From: Nemertoderma westbladi
Lineage: Eukaryota; Animalia; Xenacoelomorpha
Assembly: GCA_032718475.1 (NCBI GenBank)
Contig: JAUCBJ010003956.1
Span: 1 to 42,629, forward strand
Direction: 5' to 3'
Length of the DNA stretch: 42,629 bases
The translations under genes were made by a program, and so were the position numbers. Below, in pieces: positions 1 to 11,376 of this stretch (position 1 is the first letter of the stretch; each line of letters starts with the position of its first letter). The notes below the pieces were generated by a model. It was given only the letters and a program-made list of their open reading frames with translations. It did not search any database and was not told the DNA's origin.

Positions 1-210
1 GTGTACATATGATTTATTTATTTATTTCAACCAATATAATGTCATATCCATAAAATAGGTGGTAATCCCGAAATTATGATCCCGTTTAAACTCTAATGTG
101 TTATGTGCTAACTAATAATAATAATGTGTAATTTATTAAAATTAGACGGTAGAAAGTCCAAGTTTCCCATCTAAGTCTCGTATATGCACGGAGTACTTTA
201 GTATTTACTT

Positions 211-1737
211 ACCGACACAGGTGCAGACACTGGTGAGCGACACAGGTGCAGACACTGGTGACCGACACAGGTGCAGACACTGGTGATCGACAAGGTGCAG
301 ACACTGGTGTGGTGACCGACACAGGTGCAGACACTGGTGACCGACACAGGTGCAGACACTGGTAACCGACTCAGGTGCAGACTCTGTTGACCGACACAGG
401 TGCAGACACTGGTGACAGACACAGGTGCAGACACTGATGACTGACACAGGTGCAGGCAGACACTGGTGACCGACTCAGGTGCAGACACTGGTGATCGACA
501 CAGGTGCAGACACTGGTGACCGACACAGGTGCAGACACTGGTGACCGACACAGGTGCAGACACTGGTGACCGATACAGGTGCAGACACTGGTGATCGACA
601 CACGTGCAGACACTGGTGACGACACAGGTGCAGACACTAGTGACCGACACAGGTGCAGACACTGGTGACCGACACAGGTGCAGACACTGGTGACCGACAC
701 AGGTGCAGACACTGGTGATCGACACAGGTGCAGACACTGGTGACCGACACAGGTGCAGACACTGGTGACCGACTCAGGTGCAGACACTGGTGACCGACAC
801 AGGTGCAGACACTGGTAACCGACTCAGGTGCAGACACTGGTAACCGACTCAGGTGCAGACACTGGTGACCGACACAGATGCAGACACTGGTGACCGACAC
901 AGGTGCAGACACTGGTGACCGACACAGGTGCAGACACTGGTGACCGACACAGGTGCAGACACTGGTTACCGACTCAGGTGCAGACACTGGTGATCGACAC
1001 GGGTGCAGACACTGGTGACCGGCACAGGTGCAGACACTGGTGACCGACACAGGTGCAGACACTGGTGACCGACTCAGGTGCAGACACTGGTGATCGACAC
1101 AGGTGCAGACACTGGTGACCGACACAGGTGCAGACAGTGGTGACCGACACAGGTGCAGACACTGGTGACCGACTCAGGTGCAGACACTGGTGATCGACAC
1201 AGGTGCAGACACTGGTGACCGACACAGGTGCAGACACTGGTAACCGTCTCAGGTGCAGACACTGGTGACCGACACAGATGCAGACACTGGTGACCGACAC
1301 AGGTGCAGACACTGGTGACCGACACAGGTGCAGACACTGGTGACCGACTCAGGTGCAGACACTGGTGATCGACACAGGTGAAGACACTGGTGACCGACAC
1401 AGGTGCAGACACAGGTGACCCACACAGGTGCAGACACTGGTGATCGACACAGGTGCAGACACTGGTGACCGTCACAGGTGCAGACACTGGTGACCGACAC
1501 AGGTGCAGACACTGGTGACCGACACTGGTGCAGACACTGGTGACCGGCACAGGTGCAGACACTGGTGATCGACACAGGTGCAGACACTGGTGACCGACAC
1601 AGGTGCAGACACTGGTGACCGTCACAGGTGCAGACACTGGTGACCGACACAGGTGCAGACACTGGTGACCGACACAGGTGCAGACACTGGTGACCATCAC
1701 AGGTGCAGGCACTGGTGACCGACACAGGTGCAGACAC
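211..1737. repeat. 25-bp minisatellite, about 60 copies (GACACAGGTGCAGACACTGGTGACC)
   Basis: Directly visible head-to-tail array with point variants (TGATC, TAACC, GACTC). It produces the Cys/His-rich ORFs at 198-1883. Confidence 0.97.
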
Positions 1738-1859
1738 TTTTTGAAAACGACACGAAATTGAAATGTCTTTCGTTCCGTTATGCCATCCCTGGACACATGT
1801 GCCGACACTGCACTGGTGGCCGACATTGGTATATAACATAAGTAAATATAATTATATAA

Positions 1860-3433
1860 GATACATACACGGGTAGATGACACCGGCCTTCTTGGTGAGA
1901 ATGAAGCAATACGTCGACTCGACTGTACTCACGGACGCTCTGGTGTTGTGGTATTCAAGATAGGTGTGGATTAAGATGTGGCTGATTTCGTGTTATCGTC
2001 AGCTTCAATCACATTAGAAATTGCCCCCTGATAAATAAAGAATATAATGCAAATAATAATATAAGATACACCCCCGGGTGGGGTAAACGGAGAATAACGT
2101 AAAAATGAATAAACAGGTAAATAAATAAAGTTTTTAGCCAGTGGCGAGTTGAGCGGGGTATGGGTACGAGGTACGTGTGGTAGCGCAGGCTGTCGGCAGC
2201 AGTCACCACAAGAGACACAGGTACAACCTTCTGATAAAGGATGGAAGGGAGTTTTGTTTGTGAAAATTTTGTGGTGATATTTTGTGGCAAAAATTATAAA
2301 TAAAAGAAAACAGAAAGAGTTTGTTTTGTATATTTCGTAGAGAAAGTTGGCCAACGAAGTAAGATTTTTCTAATAGTATATGTGAATGAACTAACAACTA
2401 CTTTCTCAGTTCCATGTTTCCGAAACCCGTCGAATAATGGTACGAATGCCTCACCGGCATTCCACTGATTGAGCTTCTTGGTTCCCCCACTTACAATCAT
2501 GAAGACACTATCTTCAGTCTTTGTGTGGTGTTTTTGAACCTATAAAATAAAACGTTTTTACAGTAAAATATCGTTTTTTTTAGTTACGAACATAGTATTT
2601 TATAATCTAGGAAGATTATAATTAGCAATTATTATTTCGAAATAAACTAACAAAATTTGCGAATTGTTCGGCGTATCGTCTCCTATATCTTACCAACTGC
2701 TCCCCAGACAGTTTCCCACTCCGCTGTTTCCCTCATGTTGGTGCACTGTTTGTCCTGCGGGATGGAATGTATAATAATTATAAACAAGCAAATTAAACAG
2801 AGTAGGCCTATATTATTTTTCTATACCATCGTATAATTCTTTTTATTTAATTTTTTTAATGAGGTAAATGCAATAATGCTGTAATGTTAGATATCTACTT
2901 AGACTGTAGACTCTTAGATGCATGAGAGTTTAAGTAAGATCTAGGTCAAAATTATGATTAGTAAAAATTCTAACCTATATTGGACCGGTGAGTGCCGATT
3001 GCCAGATTCTCCTTTTTACGGACTTTCGTCGACCTCTTTATCAGCACCTTTATCTATTGGGTCAATTCAGTTTTCCTACTGACATCGGTTGTTTTTAATC
3101 GCTTCGAATTTAAATTTGCGATCTTTCTTCCCATTAGATCTGCCGACTAGGAATTACAACTTACAAGATGTATTAGAGTCCTCGTTTATGTTTATCTCTA
3201 CTAATAGAAACAAACTCGTCGCGGTGGATACTAGAGGCCTTGCAGGGCAGGTAGCAACGTGGTATACACCGGGTCAACCTCAAGTGGGCCAGAACCGAAA
3301 GCACCCGTGCAGGCAAAACCATCACTCGCCGTCTCCTCCTCCTCGCATAGTGTTAACGGTAAACATTCGAAACCGGCGCCATCGTTTGCTTCTTCAGGGA
3401 ACCCCCAGTAAACATAATTCCATCAACATCCAT
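1860..3433 (-). pseudogene. Possible decayed spliced gene of unknown type
   Basis: GC-richer blocks alternate with AT-rich spacers. Plausible minus-strand splice sites occur near 2975 (AG|GTTAG), 2755-2695 (CAG|...|GTAAG), 2540 (TTTATAG|), 2230 and 2028. Frames contain stops and no family was recognised. Confidence 0.3.
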
Positions 3434-3637
3434 TATAAATATATACAAAGAATAAATACAGCCTTTTAGCCCATTTATTAGTTAGCCTACAATTTACACA
3501 TCCACAGAACCAGGTCAATTAAAATAAAATTATACATATCGAGGTAAGTCTGTCACATACGGTCTGACGGAGGCCCACAGCGGCCAGGCGGCCATACGTA
3601 AAATCTTTAATTTCATAAAAACTGACTGTGACTGTGA

Positions 3638-3825
3638 CTCACTGAGGCATAGACTATGCCTCACTGAGGCATAGACTATGCCTCACTGAGGCATAGACTA
3701 TGACTCACTGAGGCATAGACTATGCCTCACTGAGGCATAGACTATGCCTCACTGAGGCACTGAGGCATAGACTATGCCTCACTGAGTCGTAGTCTATGCC
3801 TCAGTGAGGCATAGACTATGCCTCA
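3638..3825. repeat. 22-bp palindromic minisatellite (TCACTGAGGCATAGACTATGCC), about 8 copies
   Basis: The unit is built from two odd-length palindromes, CCTCA-C-TGAGG and GCATAG-A-CTATGC. One segment near 3785-3810 is inverted (AGTCT, CAGTG). Confidence 0.95.
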
Positions 3826-3920
3826 ATAAATAAAGTAAAATAAAGTACAATTAATTAAAATTAAATACAAATAAATAAGTATTAATAAATAAAAGAGCTG
3901 CGGTGTCACTTATGACACCC

Positions 3921-4226
3921 TCTTGCTCCTCTCTGCGACAGTTGGACAACACTGATGACCCATTGTGTGTCAGGGCGCTAATCAGTCTGATTAATTAGGA
4001 TAATCAATTAAACCCTAATTATGAGTCATATGACACCTGTTAGGGTTTAATTGTACTAATTAATTGATGACACCTGTCAATTAGGGTCTAATTAGCCTAA
4101 TTGGGAGGTGTCACCCAGACAGTCTGGCGCCAATGACACCCAATGACACCCATAGGGTGATAATTGGGTGTCATATGACACCCAATGGGTGTCAGTGAGG
4201 TCCAAGTGTCGCAGAGAGGACCAAGA
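3921..4226. mobile_element. MITE with about 43-bp terminal inverted repeats
   Basis: Left end TCTTGCTCCTCTCTGCGACAGTTGGAC matches the right-end reverse complement TCTTGGTCCTCTCTGCGACACTTGGAC. CCC flanks both sides (possible 3-bp TSD). Internal TGACACC/GGTGTCA motifs recur. Confidence 0.85.
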
Positions 4227-4247
4227 CCCTACTACTAACGCATTCTG

Positions 4248-4530
4248 ATGGATGACTACCATCTGTTTGCACCGCGAAAGGTAGTTGCATTAATATTGAA
4301 AATTGTAGACGTAACTGGTAGAATATCTCGAATCGGAAATAAACTCACAAGGCAAACTTACTTTTCGAAGGGGCCTAATTTTTTATTGCACATTGATGGT
4401 TGGGATAAACTGAAACCATTTGGATTGACAGTGCACGGATCTGTGGATGGATATAGTCGAAAGATTGTTTGAAGCGTCGTTGTTAGAAGCCTCACATTGT
4501 TAGAAGCGATAAAGGCACCGAAAATGTTAA
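4248..4530 (+). pseudogene. DDE integrase-core transposase fragment (IS3EU-like)
   Basis: YFSKGPNFLLHIDGWDKLKPFGLTVHGSVDGYSRKIV matches the GPNxxWHxDGxxKLxxxGxxIHGxxDGYSRxI block around the first catalytic Asp of eukaryotic IS3-like transposases. A stop falls where Trp is expected, and the fragment is truncated. Confidence 0.82.
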
Positions 4531-5092
4531 CGTCGAAGCAATACATCGATATTTCAGATCCTTCAATGATGACCAATTATTACAGAAGTGCTCAGTATTT
4601 ATTTTTTATTTATTTATTTATCAAGGCTCTCAGTATTTATAAAAAAAATTTAAGTGAATTAAAAGTTAAATACGTACATTTGGGTTTAATTTATAGTCAT
4701 AAATGACATCACTGTCATAAGGGGGGCGGGGTGTGGGGGGGGGGGGGTGGTTGTATCCTCTGACATATTCTCATAACTGAGCCTCGTGCTGCGCGAAGGA
4801 CCCACAAATGTTTTTCAACTGTAACCGGGTATCTTTTACCTGATATTATAACACTGTTTTTAAACAATATAAGCAATAATTCCGTTTAAAATAACAGTTA
4901 TTTATATGACAAATTAATAAAATTACGAACAAACAATCACGAAAACTGACCGATATTACAAAGAAAAATATTTATTGATGAATTAAAAATTATAATCTAA
5001 TCATGTATATAAGTGTAGAGGTACAGTGTTCTAACAGTTAATTGCAGTATCTAAACAGTTACATTGTCTAAACTAACAGTAATACAGTATTC

Positions 5093-5386
5093 TCAAGGCA
5101 ATGCAAACCCCAATGTATTCAACATATCCTCCATGAGACGGTCACAGAATACTTTGCTGGGCCCCAACAAATAACGGCCATTTATCGGAAAATGAATTGT
5201 TAACGCACATGTGTCCGCATGTACACGTCTTGCGCAATCTGATGTACGGTAAAATTCTAACTTTCCTTCACCTTAAAAAATAGGAAACCGAGACCCCGAA
5301 CCGAACTGAAGCACATCACCCAAAGTAAGTGTGATTGAATTAATCCCTCCTTTGAGCAAGTCATTGACATCGGCTTTCATCGACAT
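5093..5386 (-). pseudogene. HECT E3 ubiquitin-ligase C-lobe fragment (G2E3-like), one in-frame stop
   Basis: Manual translation: ...LTLGDVLQFGSGSRFPIF*GEGKLEFYRTSDCARRVHADTCALTIHFPINGRYLLGPSKVFCDRLMEDMLNTLGFALP*. It has the LxFxTG/SG motif, the AxTC catalytic-Cys motif (Cys codon 5209-5207) and a GF near the C-terminus. The internal TAA is at 5275-5273. Confidence 0.72.
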
Positions 5387-5458
5387 TACGTATTTACATA
5401 GGATGTACCGGTACCATGAACTACAGTATAAAGTATACAGTTACCACCCTTTGCAGAA

Positions 5459-5895
5459 TTGTCACTCGGGTGATAAATAATTGTCACCCGTGTGACAAAT
5501 AATTGTCACCCGTGTGACAAATAATTGTCACCCGTGTGACAAATAATTGTCACCCGGGTGATAAATAATTGTCACCCGGGTGATAAATAATTGTCAACCG
5601 GGTGACAAATAATTGTCACCCGGGTGATAAATAATTGTCACCCGGGTGATAAATAATTGTCACCCGGGTGACAAATAATTGTCACCCGGGTGATAAATAA
5701 TTGTCACCCGGGTGATAAATAATTGTCACCCGGGTGACAAAGAATTGTCACCCGGGTGATAAATAATTGTCACCCGGGTGATAAATAATTGTCACCCGGG
5801 TGATAAATAATTGTCACCCGGGTGATAAATAATTGTCACCCGGGTGATAAATAATTGTCACCCGGGTGATAAATAATTGTCACCCGGGTGACAAA
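5459..5895. repeat. 22-bp palindromic minisatellite (TTGTCACCCGGGTGAYAA-ATAA), about 20 copies
   Basis: TTGTCACCCGGGTGACAA is a perfect 18-bp palindrome, followed by a 4-bp ATAA spacer. Confidence 0.97.
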
Positions 5896-6395
5896 TATAA
5901 AAAATCTGAAATTAAGTGGCCACAATCAGCCACGGTATTTTTCTGTGGACATAATTTGGCGTTCCATTACGCCTAATTCTGATAATATTTTAAAAGTGAG
6001 ATAACTTTTCATTCCGTAAGCAATTTTTTTTCTTATGAGGTGAAATGTCATTATATTTTTGCAAGGAATTCAGTGGTATAAATTTTAAAATACGATAATT
6101 TTGTATCGAATACGCTTAGCATTCATATTTTTTCCTATGTTAGTCTATGAGGAAAATGCAGCTAGATTGGTTCTGGCGACGCCAAATTTTGGCGTTCAAA
6201 AGGACAAAATCGGGCGTTGTGCAGTTGTGTGCGCTGTGCTGTAGTAAAGTCCTTCCTGTACAGCAGTCAGGCAGTAGTAGTAGGCCTATCCCAGTATCCT
6301 GAATCCTATTTCAGCAGAGCCCAGAGCAGTTCAGTATTTTGTACTTCATAAAAAATCACGATAGTGAGAATCTACACTGTCGTCGGTTGGCGGCG

Positions 6396-7028
6396 ATGGT
6401 CACATCGGAAAATCGCACGATGCAAGTTGACGAGGAAACCCCCGAAAATATCGCGGATAATTCTGTGATCGTCAACGAGAAAACGGTGGCCGAACTGGAA
6501 GCGAAAGAGTTGAGTTCCTCCCCCAGCAACAAATGTCCGGTGGAAGTGTACGCCCAACTACTAGTCAGTTACCTTATAGATGGTGATGCCACAAACGCAA
6601 GGTTTCTATGGAAACGAATTCCTACTAACGTGAAGGAAGAGAACGCTGAGTTGTCTGCGATTTGGTCGGTTGGGAGGAGCGTGTGGCGACGCGAACTGTC
6701 TGCGGTGTACTCCTCCGCTGGTGCGTCATCATGGTCGCCTCAGATAGAACCCTTAATGCGCCTCCTAGCGGTACGGACCCGCGAGAGAGTGGCCGCTCTG
6801 GTCGCCAAGGCCTACGGATCCATTCGGCTGGATCGATTGAGCGAGATGCTGGGATTGTCGACGGGAACTACCCGGGAACTGGTTGCCGAGCGCGGTTGGC
6901 GACTAGACCCCACCGACACTCTGGTACTACCGGTCCACACAGACTCACAGACAGACACCGATACTTCGGTTACTAACTGTGAGACACTAAACCGACTCAC
7001 AGGGCTCGTATGCTTCTTTGAGAATTAA
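6396..7028 (+). CDS. COPS8: COP9 signalosome complex subunit 8 (CSN8), intronless, 210 aa
   Basis: Hallmark motifs VYAQLL..YL...NARFLWKRIP, ELSAIWSVG..W.R, RERVAALVAKAYGSI, GW, and C-terminal LNRLTGLVCFFEN (compare LARLTDYVAFLEN). The first ATG in good context (GCGGCGATGG) is at 6396; the ORF-track start at 6339 is not ATG. Confidence 0.95.
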   Translation: MVTSENRTMQVDEETPENIADNSVIVNEKTVAELEAKELSSSPSNKCPVEVYAQLLVSYLIDGDATNARFLWKRIPTNVKEENAELSAIWSVGRSVWRRELSAVYSSAGASSWSPQIEPLMRLLAVRTRERVAALVAKAYGSIRLDRLSEMLGLSTGTTRELVAERGWRLDPTDTLVLPVHTDSQTDTDTSVTNCETLNRLTGLVCFFEN

Positions 7029-7077
7029 CTTTTTCCATATTTACAATTACGATCTACGGATCCGCCACTGTCCTTCT

Positions 7078-7083
7078 AATAAA
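7078..7083 (+). promoter_or_regulatory. Candidate polyadenylation signal of COPS8
   Basis: AATAAA lies 50 bp after the stop codon. Confidence 0.55.
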
Positions 7084-7148
7084 TACATTATTATTATTAT
7101 AATATGACGCAATGTTATTCAGTAATATTTCCCAAAATGTTTTTGTTA

Positions 7149-7310
7149 TACCCGCCGCACACTAGAGATGCAAGATGCAAAAATCGTTCCCGACGTACAC
7201 TAGAGATACAAGATGCATCGTATTTTATTTTATATATTATACTTTGATTATATTAATGTATATTTCAAAGAATTTATCATGCATCTTGCATCTCTAGTGC
7301 GCGCCGGGCC
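7149..7310. mobile_element. PIF/Harbinger (Tourist-like) MITE
   Basis: TIRs CCCGCCGCACACTAGAGATGCAAGATGCA / TGCATCTTGCATCTCTAGTGCGCGCCGGG(CC), flanked by TTA/TAA. A third internal TIR copy is at about 7189-7218. Confidence 0.75.
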
Positions 7311-7596
7311 TAATATGTTTCCATTTAGGGTGCTACTGCTAACTCAAACTATATCACTACTTGTAGGGCAAAAACACTGAGACGGGATCTATAATTCCAG
7401 TTCTCTAAATAATATCGGACACCGGCACCTCTACCGCACAGTGTAGTTTCGTAAATAACGCTTGAATGCCAAAAAATATGAAATAAGCGACATTCATTCA
7501 CATTCACATCAATCCTGTAATTATTTCATCATTTAAATGGCCTATTATAATTATAAATGGTGTTGGTGTATACGTGTTGTATTACCGCTAGACAGC

Positions 7597-8308
7597 TCAC
7601 TCCCGAATTAGGATCAAACTCCCGTTGCTATGGTCAAAATTCCTTTGGTACTTTGGTAAATAAAATAACTGTAGCGGACTCCACACAATTTTTTAAATAA
7701 TCTTTAATATGATTAACTTATGTATCGATAGTTGTAACGATATTAACTTCCAATGTCAATAAAATACCAAATACGCTACTAAAACTACATAAATACTAAA
7801 ATATGCCCGTTGTTATGGTAACAACAGAATAATGACTTCGCTTGTGATAATGAATGTTGACTATGTAACATATTGATATGCATCTGTAATAGATATAAAA
7901 TGTTTCCGATTCAATTTTCACATATTTAATAATATTTTTGGTTGCCATGGCAACAATAAATGACACGATTGGCTGGCAAATTATGGTCTGAACATAGCAA
8001 CATCTGAGGTACTTGATCCTGAATTGGTTTCTTTTTAAAATGATAATTGGGTAGATAAAGGGTCTTCTTTCCCGCTAATTTAAATAAATGGTGATTACTG
8101 ATGCATTTCTCCCTTAACGGGCTTCTTCAGAGTAATTTAAAATCTATCTACCCAATTATCTAATTCTTAATGGCATTTTTCCGGGAGGCATGTCGTCTTA
8201 AGTAAAATGATAGTAACCATATTTAAACTGAAGAAACATTATAGGTGATATTATTTTCTTATTACCTAGGATACAGGACAACTGCTTTTCCACTTCAATG
8301 CCGAATCT
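7597..8308 (+). repeat. Long direct repeat, copy 1 (copy 2 at 11377-11884)
   Basis: Both copies start TCACTCCCGAATTAGGATCAAA and end CCACTTCAAYGCCGAATCT. Copy 1 has extra segments, including 8046-8202. Confidence 0.95.
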
Positions 8309-10822
8309 TTTGCAGATATAGGTAAACTGATTTTAGGTACATGTTGTGCCCTGAAGCTGCAAAGTAGTTTATCAAACGTGTCAGATAGGGAGCAAATTTC
8401 AATTGATGGATCGCATACATCATTATCGTTTTCATTTGTCAAAGGAGACGAAAATACTTTGGCTGCCACAATTCTATTTAAGACACCATTAACCAGCATG
8501 TGGCCTTGTACGTGTACAGCCCTTGATACAGCCTTTCCAGATAACATGTGTTCAACAGTATTTTTAGTGTATGTAAGTTCCAGCAACTCAGATAATCCGG
8601 AACCTTTCATTAAATGTCCGATCGATCCAAGGAAACTCATTTCTGTATGAAATCCACCTAAACGAACTACAACTTTGCTCAATTCGCTGTCTACTGCTGA
8701 GCCTTCAACAATGCCAAAAGCTTTCCACCAAATGGGTTGATCAAATGTAATTATTGGTGTAATGCCATATCTAGATGCATGAGAACATATAAATAAAAGA
8801 GTAGAATATATGCAACTCTCATCATTTGGATTCAAGTCGATTATTGGCAAGAACATTACGGATGACTTCCCAGGGTGACTATTGCCTTTGTAAACCATTT
8901 GCATAAAACCCGACCAAAGTGGTCTATCACGTTTAAACAGTAACGAAACATTCAAAATCAAATTAAGGTTGGAATGTGGATCTGAAATATTTGGATTATT
9001 GAGAGATTCATGTCATTGAATACATGCGACCGTGTGGAATGAAAGTTTTTATGTTGATTCTTCCAACTGCTGCGATTTCCTCAGCAGTAACCTTTTCTGT
9101 TCTAATGATTGGCAAAGTACTGTTTTACAAAAGGTGTAATTGCACCAATAATTCCCATCCCATGGAAAGTATTTTTACCATCAATTATTCTTATGTTGTG
9201 GTCAAGATTATCACCGGCATATTGGATAAATCCTTCGATTGGTTCTTGTACATCTTGACCTTTTACAATGGCAGCCGATCTTTCAAACCTCTGAACTTCT
9301 GAATAAGAACAGCAAAGACCATGGTTGTTCAGGGAATCGATGAGAAATCGTGACTGAAAATGGTGATGCAGTTGAACACCCAATCCCAACTGAAGTGGAG
9401 CTAGAAGTCCCCGTGGACGAGATGACTGGATGATTACTTGCCCTATAGAAGCCACCTTAAGTTCTTGGTCTACTAACAAACACTTCAGAAAAGTAGATAG
9501 TGATTCAGGTAAATAGTTTATTGCAGCATCAATAGATGACATTTCGGTAATGTTAGGGTATGTGTCCTTTTGAGGACTGATCCACTTAATGTCATTTTTT
9601 ATTAGTTTAGCTGCTGTTTCTATTATGTGCCGCTTCTCCTTAACTATGTCTATATTTCTACCCTTTTCCTTAGAGTAAAAATCATGAAGAACTCTATGAG
9701 CAGCTGTGTGGAGTATTACAACATCAGCTTTCCCGTCAATGGATGTTATTATGTCTTCTCCAAAATGCTTTTCCAACTCATTTCTCATGAATTTAAAGCT
9801 GTATGGCTCACATCCTTCTAATCTTGTAAACTCTCCCAATGTTGTTGATGAGGTCATAAATTGTTACAGGATTGTCAATATCTTCAAGAAGTGTAACGAC
9901 TTTAATAAATACATCTTTCTTAATTATATTTTATGGTCTTCCTTTGCATTCTTTAGAACTCTCATTATTTATACTAAATACTTGTGGTATATGTTTACCT
10001 GTACGAAAATTGACACTGCATATCTGGTGATAAACCTCTTTTTCTACTTAGACGTAATAATTCTTTTGAGTTAGTATATTTTTCTCTGCATTTTGAATGC
10101 ACTGACTGGCCTTTGGCAAGGGAGATATTTTCCTTTCGTATTACGCTTGCTCTGATAATTCCTTCAGGAAATTGAATTAATTTTTGTAATGATATGACAT
10201 GAATATAGTAACGGACATAGTAAAATTGGAATGGTTCACAGTTTTAATAAATCAAAATTTCTAACTCTATTACTATTTGTAGCAAATCCACAACTGATAC
10301 AACTTGGGGGAACTTACGTCAACTATTAGGGGCCATAGCATACCCGATTGAGGTTCATTAGAAATTCCCGTTAACAAGGAACTGGGCTAAAGAAAATGCT
10401 AATTTGAAGCATAACGTAAAGTTGTTTTGAATTGGAACCAGTTCTTACCCCCACTATATCATTTATTATGAATCCGATTCACCCCCCCCCCCCTCCCATA
10501 GTTTCCATAAAAACAACTTCAAACAGACGTTTTCATATAAATATCGAAAATTTGTACATAAACTACACAATTAAATTTTCTGATAATCAGTATCTGTATC
10601 ACAACCAAATGCCTCTTAAACAAGGCTGAACAACGAACTACAAATTTGGTTTTATTCAATTCAATTAGCTTCGTGGTTGCATTTCCTTTAGGAATTGCTT
10701 TTCTAATAAATATTAAAAATTTAAATGTATCAGTACAAACCCTTTTCTCCTAAATTGACTACATTATCTTCAGCTGTAGGAGTCTCATTGCAAATTATAC
10801 ATCGATTGTGATAACTATCCAT
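8309..10822 (-). pseudogene. Academ transposase pseudogene (frameshifted, 3'-truncated)
   Basis: N-terminal MDSYHNRCIIC...LGEKG (ATG 10822), then VHSKCREKY, LGLGVQLHHHFQSRFLIDSL...SYSEV, GDNLDHN...TFHGMGII, WSGFM, FDQPIWWKA, RLGGFHTEMSFLGSIGHLMKGSGL and MLSGKAVSRA. Confidence 0.85.
10156..10698. mobile_element. Unclassified insertion interrupting the Academ ORF
   Basis: It separates LGEKG from the VHSKCREKY block. The ends TAATTCCTTCAGGAAATTG and CATTTCCTTTAGGAATTGC are inverted, hairpin-like copies of each other. Confidence 0.5.
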
Positions 10823-11376
10823 ATCGGTATCCCATCTAACCAAAAACTATCTAACTGACAAGCAATATCTGTGAGTAGCACACCAAGAGTAATATAATTT
10901 ATTATATAGCTAGGTACTCGTACAGTAAAATACCAGTATTTATTATTTCTGATACCATATAAAATATTTAAAATATTCTGGAAATATATTGCTAAGGAAA
11001 ACTCGCCATTGATAAGTAAGATTCAACATTGATGTAGAAAACTTGGTAATTACAGTATTTGAAAACTCGTTGCTACCTTGTGAAACTACCCGTTGCCAAG
11101 GTAACTCGCTGTTGCTATACACAATTCAACGTTGCCAAGGAGAACTTACTACTGTTATTTAAACTTCACAGCTCAATAAAAAACATGTTATCACTATAAA
11201 ACGCGATGTTGGTACAAAAAGACCCCGGTTGCAAGGAAAACTTTCGTTGCTAAGTACATTAAGGTTAAATTTTAATAATGATTTTAATAATGAATATAAT
11301 TTTGTAATTTTCTACAGCATCTCGCTACAAAATACTGAAATGTACATTAAACCGAATTTGGAGTATTTTTAACAAG

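Noticed and set aside
198-1883. Cys/His-rich ORFs resembling zinc-finger or metallothionein proteins
   Set aside because: They are translation artefacts of a 25-bp non-triplet repeat; the same peptide cycles through all three frames.
4721-4750. G-quadruplex-like poly-G tract (also poly-C/G at about 10482, 18685, 20933, 23326)
   Set aside because: These homopolymer tracts mostly lie inside repeat debris, their lengths are error-prone, and nothing indicates function.
211-5895. CRISPR-like palindromic repeat arrays
   Set aside because: Units are head-to-tail with no unique spacers, there are no cas genes, and the context is eukaryotic.
6339-6395. N-terminal extension of COPS8 in the ORF track
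   Set aside because: It starts at a non-ATG codon; ATG 6396 has good context and gives a normal-length protein.
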